Below, piece by piece: positions 61,742 through 64,000 of a DNA stretch of 64,000 nucleotides (its first letter is position 1; each line of letters begins with the position of its first letter). Source of the DNA: an uncultured Granulicella sp. (lineage in GTDB: Bacteria; Acidobacteriota; Terriglobia; Terriglobales; Acidobacteriaceae). The position numbers and the translations under genes were made by a program. The stretch lies in assembly GCA_965213805.1 (NCBI GenBank), contig CBDCAG010000001.1, positions 2,338,726 through 2,402,725 on the forward strand, given 5' to 3'. The notes under the pieces are model-generated. The model ran no database searches. It was given only the letters and a program-made list of their open reading frames with translations, and was not told the origin of the DNA.

Positions 61742-64000
61742 TTGCCTTCCCTGTTCCGTACTGCCCTGCTTCCCTTGTTTGCCGCGGTCACGTTATCTGC
61801 CCAGGTGGTGGGCGGATCGATCGGCGGTGTCGTGACCGATGCTTCCGGTGCTGCCGTCTCCGGTGCGCGCGTGGTCATTTTGAATACCGAGACCGGCACC
61901 GCAAGGACGCTGACGACGGCGGGAGATGGGCGTTATGCTGCGCCGTCGCTCCCGGTTGGCAGGTATGACGTGAAGGTGACGGGCAGTGGATTTGCCGATC
62001 AGCACCGGTCGGGGATCGTGTTGACGGTGGGACAGAGCAACCAGGTGGATGTGGTACTGACGGTGGGCTCGCTTGAACAGAGCGTAGAGGTAGGGGCGGG
62101 GTCTTCGACGGTGAATACGTCGACGCAGCAGACCTCGGGGCTGGTGGATGAGCGGCAGGTGAAGGAGCTGCCGCTGAACGGGCGGAGCTACGACCAGTTG
62201 ATCACGCTGAACCCGGGCACGGTGAACTACACGGGGCAGAGATCGGGTGGGACGGGGACTTCGAACTCGTCCGTGGGAAACATGTTTGCGGTGTCAGGAC
62301 GGCGGCCGCAGGATAATCTCTTCCTGCTGAACGGCATTGAGTATACGGGCGCTTCGCTGATCAACGTGACGCCGGGCGGAACAAGCGGGCAGCTGCTGGG
62401 CGTGGATGCGGTGCGTGAGTTCAACGTGATTTCGGATACGTATTCGGCGGCTTATGGCAAGCGGGATGGGGCGCAGATCTCAATTGTGACGGCTTCGGGT
62501 ACAAACCGGTTTCATGGCGGGGTGTACGAGTTTGTGCGGAACAGCTTCTTCGACGCGCGGAACTACTTTGACCAGGCGCGGATTCCGGAGTTTCAACGGA
62601 ACAATTTTGGCGGGAGCCTGGGTGGGCCGGTGAAGCGGGACAAGCTGTTTCTGTTTGGCAACTACGAGGGCTATCGGCAGAATCTGGGAATCTCGGATGT
62701 GACGTTTGTGCCGGATGATGCGAGCCGCGCCGCCGCGGCGCCGAGTGTGAAGTCGCTGCTGAACCTGTGGCCGGTGGCGAATGGGCCGGAGCTGTTAGCG
62801 AACGGCAAGCCGACAGGGATTGCGCTGGCTTACTCGAGCCCGACGCAGAGGATTCGCGAAGATTTCGGCACGTCGCGGCTCGATGCAAATGTGACGGCAA
62901 ACGACCTGCTGTTCGCGGTGTACACGGTGGACGATTCGACGGCGCATACGCCGACGGCCAATCCGTTGTCGATCATCGACGAGAGCCTGCGGGAGCAGGT
63001 GGCGAGCGTGCAGGAGCAGCATGTGTTTTCGCCGCGTCTGCTCAACACGGCGCGCTTTGGCTTCTCGCGGGCGAGCTTCTTCTTTGCGGGGTCGGTGCCG
63101 GCGGAGGTTCAGGCACGGACGGCGACGTTTATTCCGGGCAAGCCGACCGGCGCGGTGGTGATCGCGGGGTCGACGGCCTCGAACGGGTCCTCGCAGATTA
63201 CCGGCGCGGGTGCGAATGTGGGCTCGAACAACGCCATCACGCGCAACCTATTTACCTTTGACGATCACATCTTCTACACGGCTGGCCGGCACCAGATCGA
63301 GGCCGGGGTGTGGGTGCAGCGGCTGCAGTCGAACGATAACCTGGCGCAGAACCAGTATGGGCAGGCTTCGTTTGCTTCGCTGGCAAGCTTCCTGGCGGGG
63401 TCGATCAAGACGTTCAGCTATGTGCCGAACCCGACGCCGCTCTACTGGCGGACGGTGTTCGCGAGTGCTTATCTCGAAGACACTTTTCATGTGACGCCGC
63501 GGCTCGAGGTGCGGGCCGGGTTCCGGTCGGAGTCGACGACTGGTTGGTCCGAGGCGCAGGGCCGGGCGGGCGCCTACCAGACGGTTGATGGGGTTTTGCA
63601 AACGACGCCTCTGGTCGGAAGTGATGCGCTCACGGACAATCGGGCGGCCTTCCTTCCGGAGCCTCGACTGGGGCTGGCGTGGAATGTGTTCGGCGACAAC
63701 AGGACGAGCGTACGCGCGGGCGTTGGGCTGCATCACTCGCTGCTCGATGCGCTGGACTATCGTCTGGACCAGAGTGCGCCGTTCAACACGACACTGGCGT
63801 ACTCAACCGGCAGCACGGTGGCGAATCCGGTGGCCGGCGTGGCGAGTGTTTCGCCCTCGACGGTCGATCCACACATGGCGACGCCTGCGCTGATCAGCTT
63901 TTCGCTGAAGGTGGAACAGCAGATCGCGCCGTCGACTTCCCTGACGGTCGGGTACGCCGGGTCGCGGAGCTACCACCAGATTCTTTCAGGTGACCTGAAT
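61742..64000 (+). CDS. TonB-dependent receptor with carboxypeptidase-regulatory N-domain (Oar-like), runs off the window
   Basis: GAGGAG then TTG start; MPSLFRTALLPLFAAVTLSA|QVVGGSIGGVVTDASGA, LPLNGRSYDQLITLNPG, SGTNRFHGGVYEFVRN, RNNFGGSLGGP. Confidence 0.9.
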   Translation, partial: MPSLFRTALLPLFAAVTLSAQVVGGSIGGVVTDASGAAVSGARVVILNTETGTARTLTTAGDGRYAAPSLPVGRYDVKVTGSGFADQHRSGIVLTVGQSNQVDVVLTVGSLEQSVEVGAGSSTVNTSTQQTSGLVDERQVKELPLNGRSYDQLITLNPGTVNYTGQRSGGTGTSNSSVGNMFAVSGRRPQDNLFLLNGIEYTGASLINVTPGGTSGQLLGVDAVREFNVISDTYSAAYGKRDGAQISIVTASGTNRFHGGVYEFVRNSFFDARNYFDQARIPEFQRNNFGGSLGGPVKRDKLFLFGNYEGYRQNLGISDVTFVPDDASRAAAAPSVKSLLNLWPVANGPELLANGKPTGIALAYSSPTQRIREDFGTSRLDANVTANDLLFAVYTVDDSTAHTPTANPLSIIDESLREQVASVQEQHVFSPRLLNTARFGFSRASFFFAGSVPAEVQARTATFIPGKPTGAVVIAGSTASNGSSQITGAGANVGSNNAITRNLFTFDDHIFYTAGRHQIEAGVWVQRLQSNDNLAQNQYGQASFASLASFLAGSIKTFSYVPNPTPLYWRTVFASAYLEDTFHVTPRLEVRAGFRSESTTGWSEAQGRAGAYQTVDGVLQTTPLVGSDALTDNRAAFLPEPRLGLAWNVFGDNRTSVRAGVGLHHSLLDALDYRLDQSAPFNTTLAYSTGSTVANPVAGVASVSPSTVDPHMATPALISFSLKVEQQIAPSTSLTVGYAGSRSYHQILSGDLN

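Overview
GC-rich chromosomal window whose gene content and repeat types suggest an Acidobacteriota (Terriglobia/Granulicella-like) genome; this is an inference. Most of it is housekeeping and accessory genes: tdh, mqnC-like radical SAM, mobA, peptidases, an ECF sigma module, secA, two-component systems, xerD-xerC, ffh, pgi, manA and a fatty-acid desaturase. It also carries a REP-associated tyrosine transposase with a flanking inverted REP pair, two dispersed intergenic repeat families and a 9-unit tandem array. The most notable feature, absent from the ORF track, is the ~470 bp gap between cysD (cysD-cysN-cysH-tauE operon, minus strand) and a divergent TonB-dependent receptor gene. Back-to-back sigma70-like promoters there each point into a leaderless or near-leaderless polycysteine mini-ORF (MLFLRIQNACCTNGNACCCKACCGCECCR and MKKFAHRACCLCRCCCDMMAPALA). 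The cysD-side ORF is followed by mutually exclusive antiterminator and terminator pairings, so the region is a candidate bidirectional cysteine-sensing attenuator. A second candidate is a signal-peptide uORF ending NAP-stop (CCC-UGA) upstream of secA, possibly a SecM-like monitor. All assignments are from motif reading by eye; no database searches were run.
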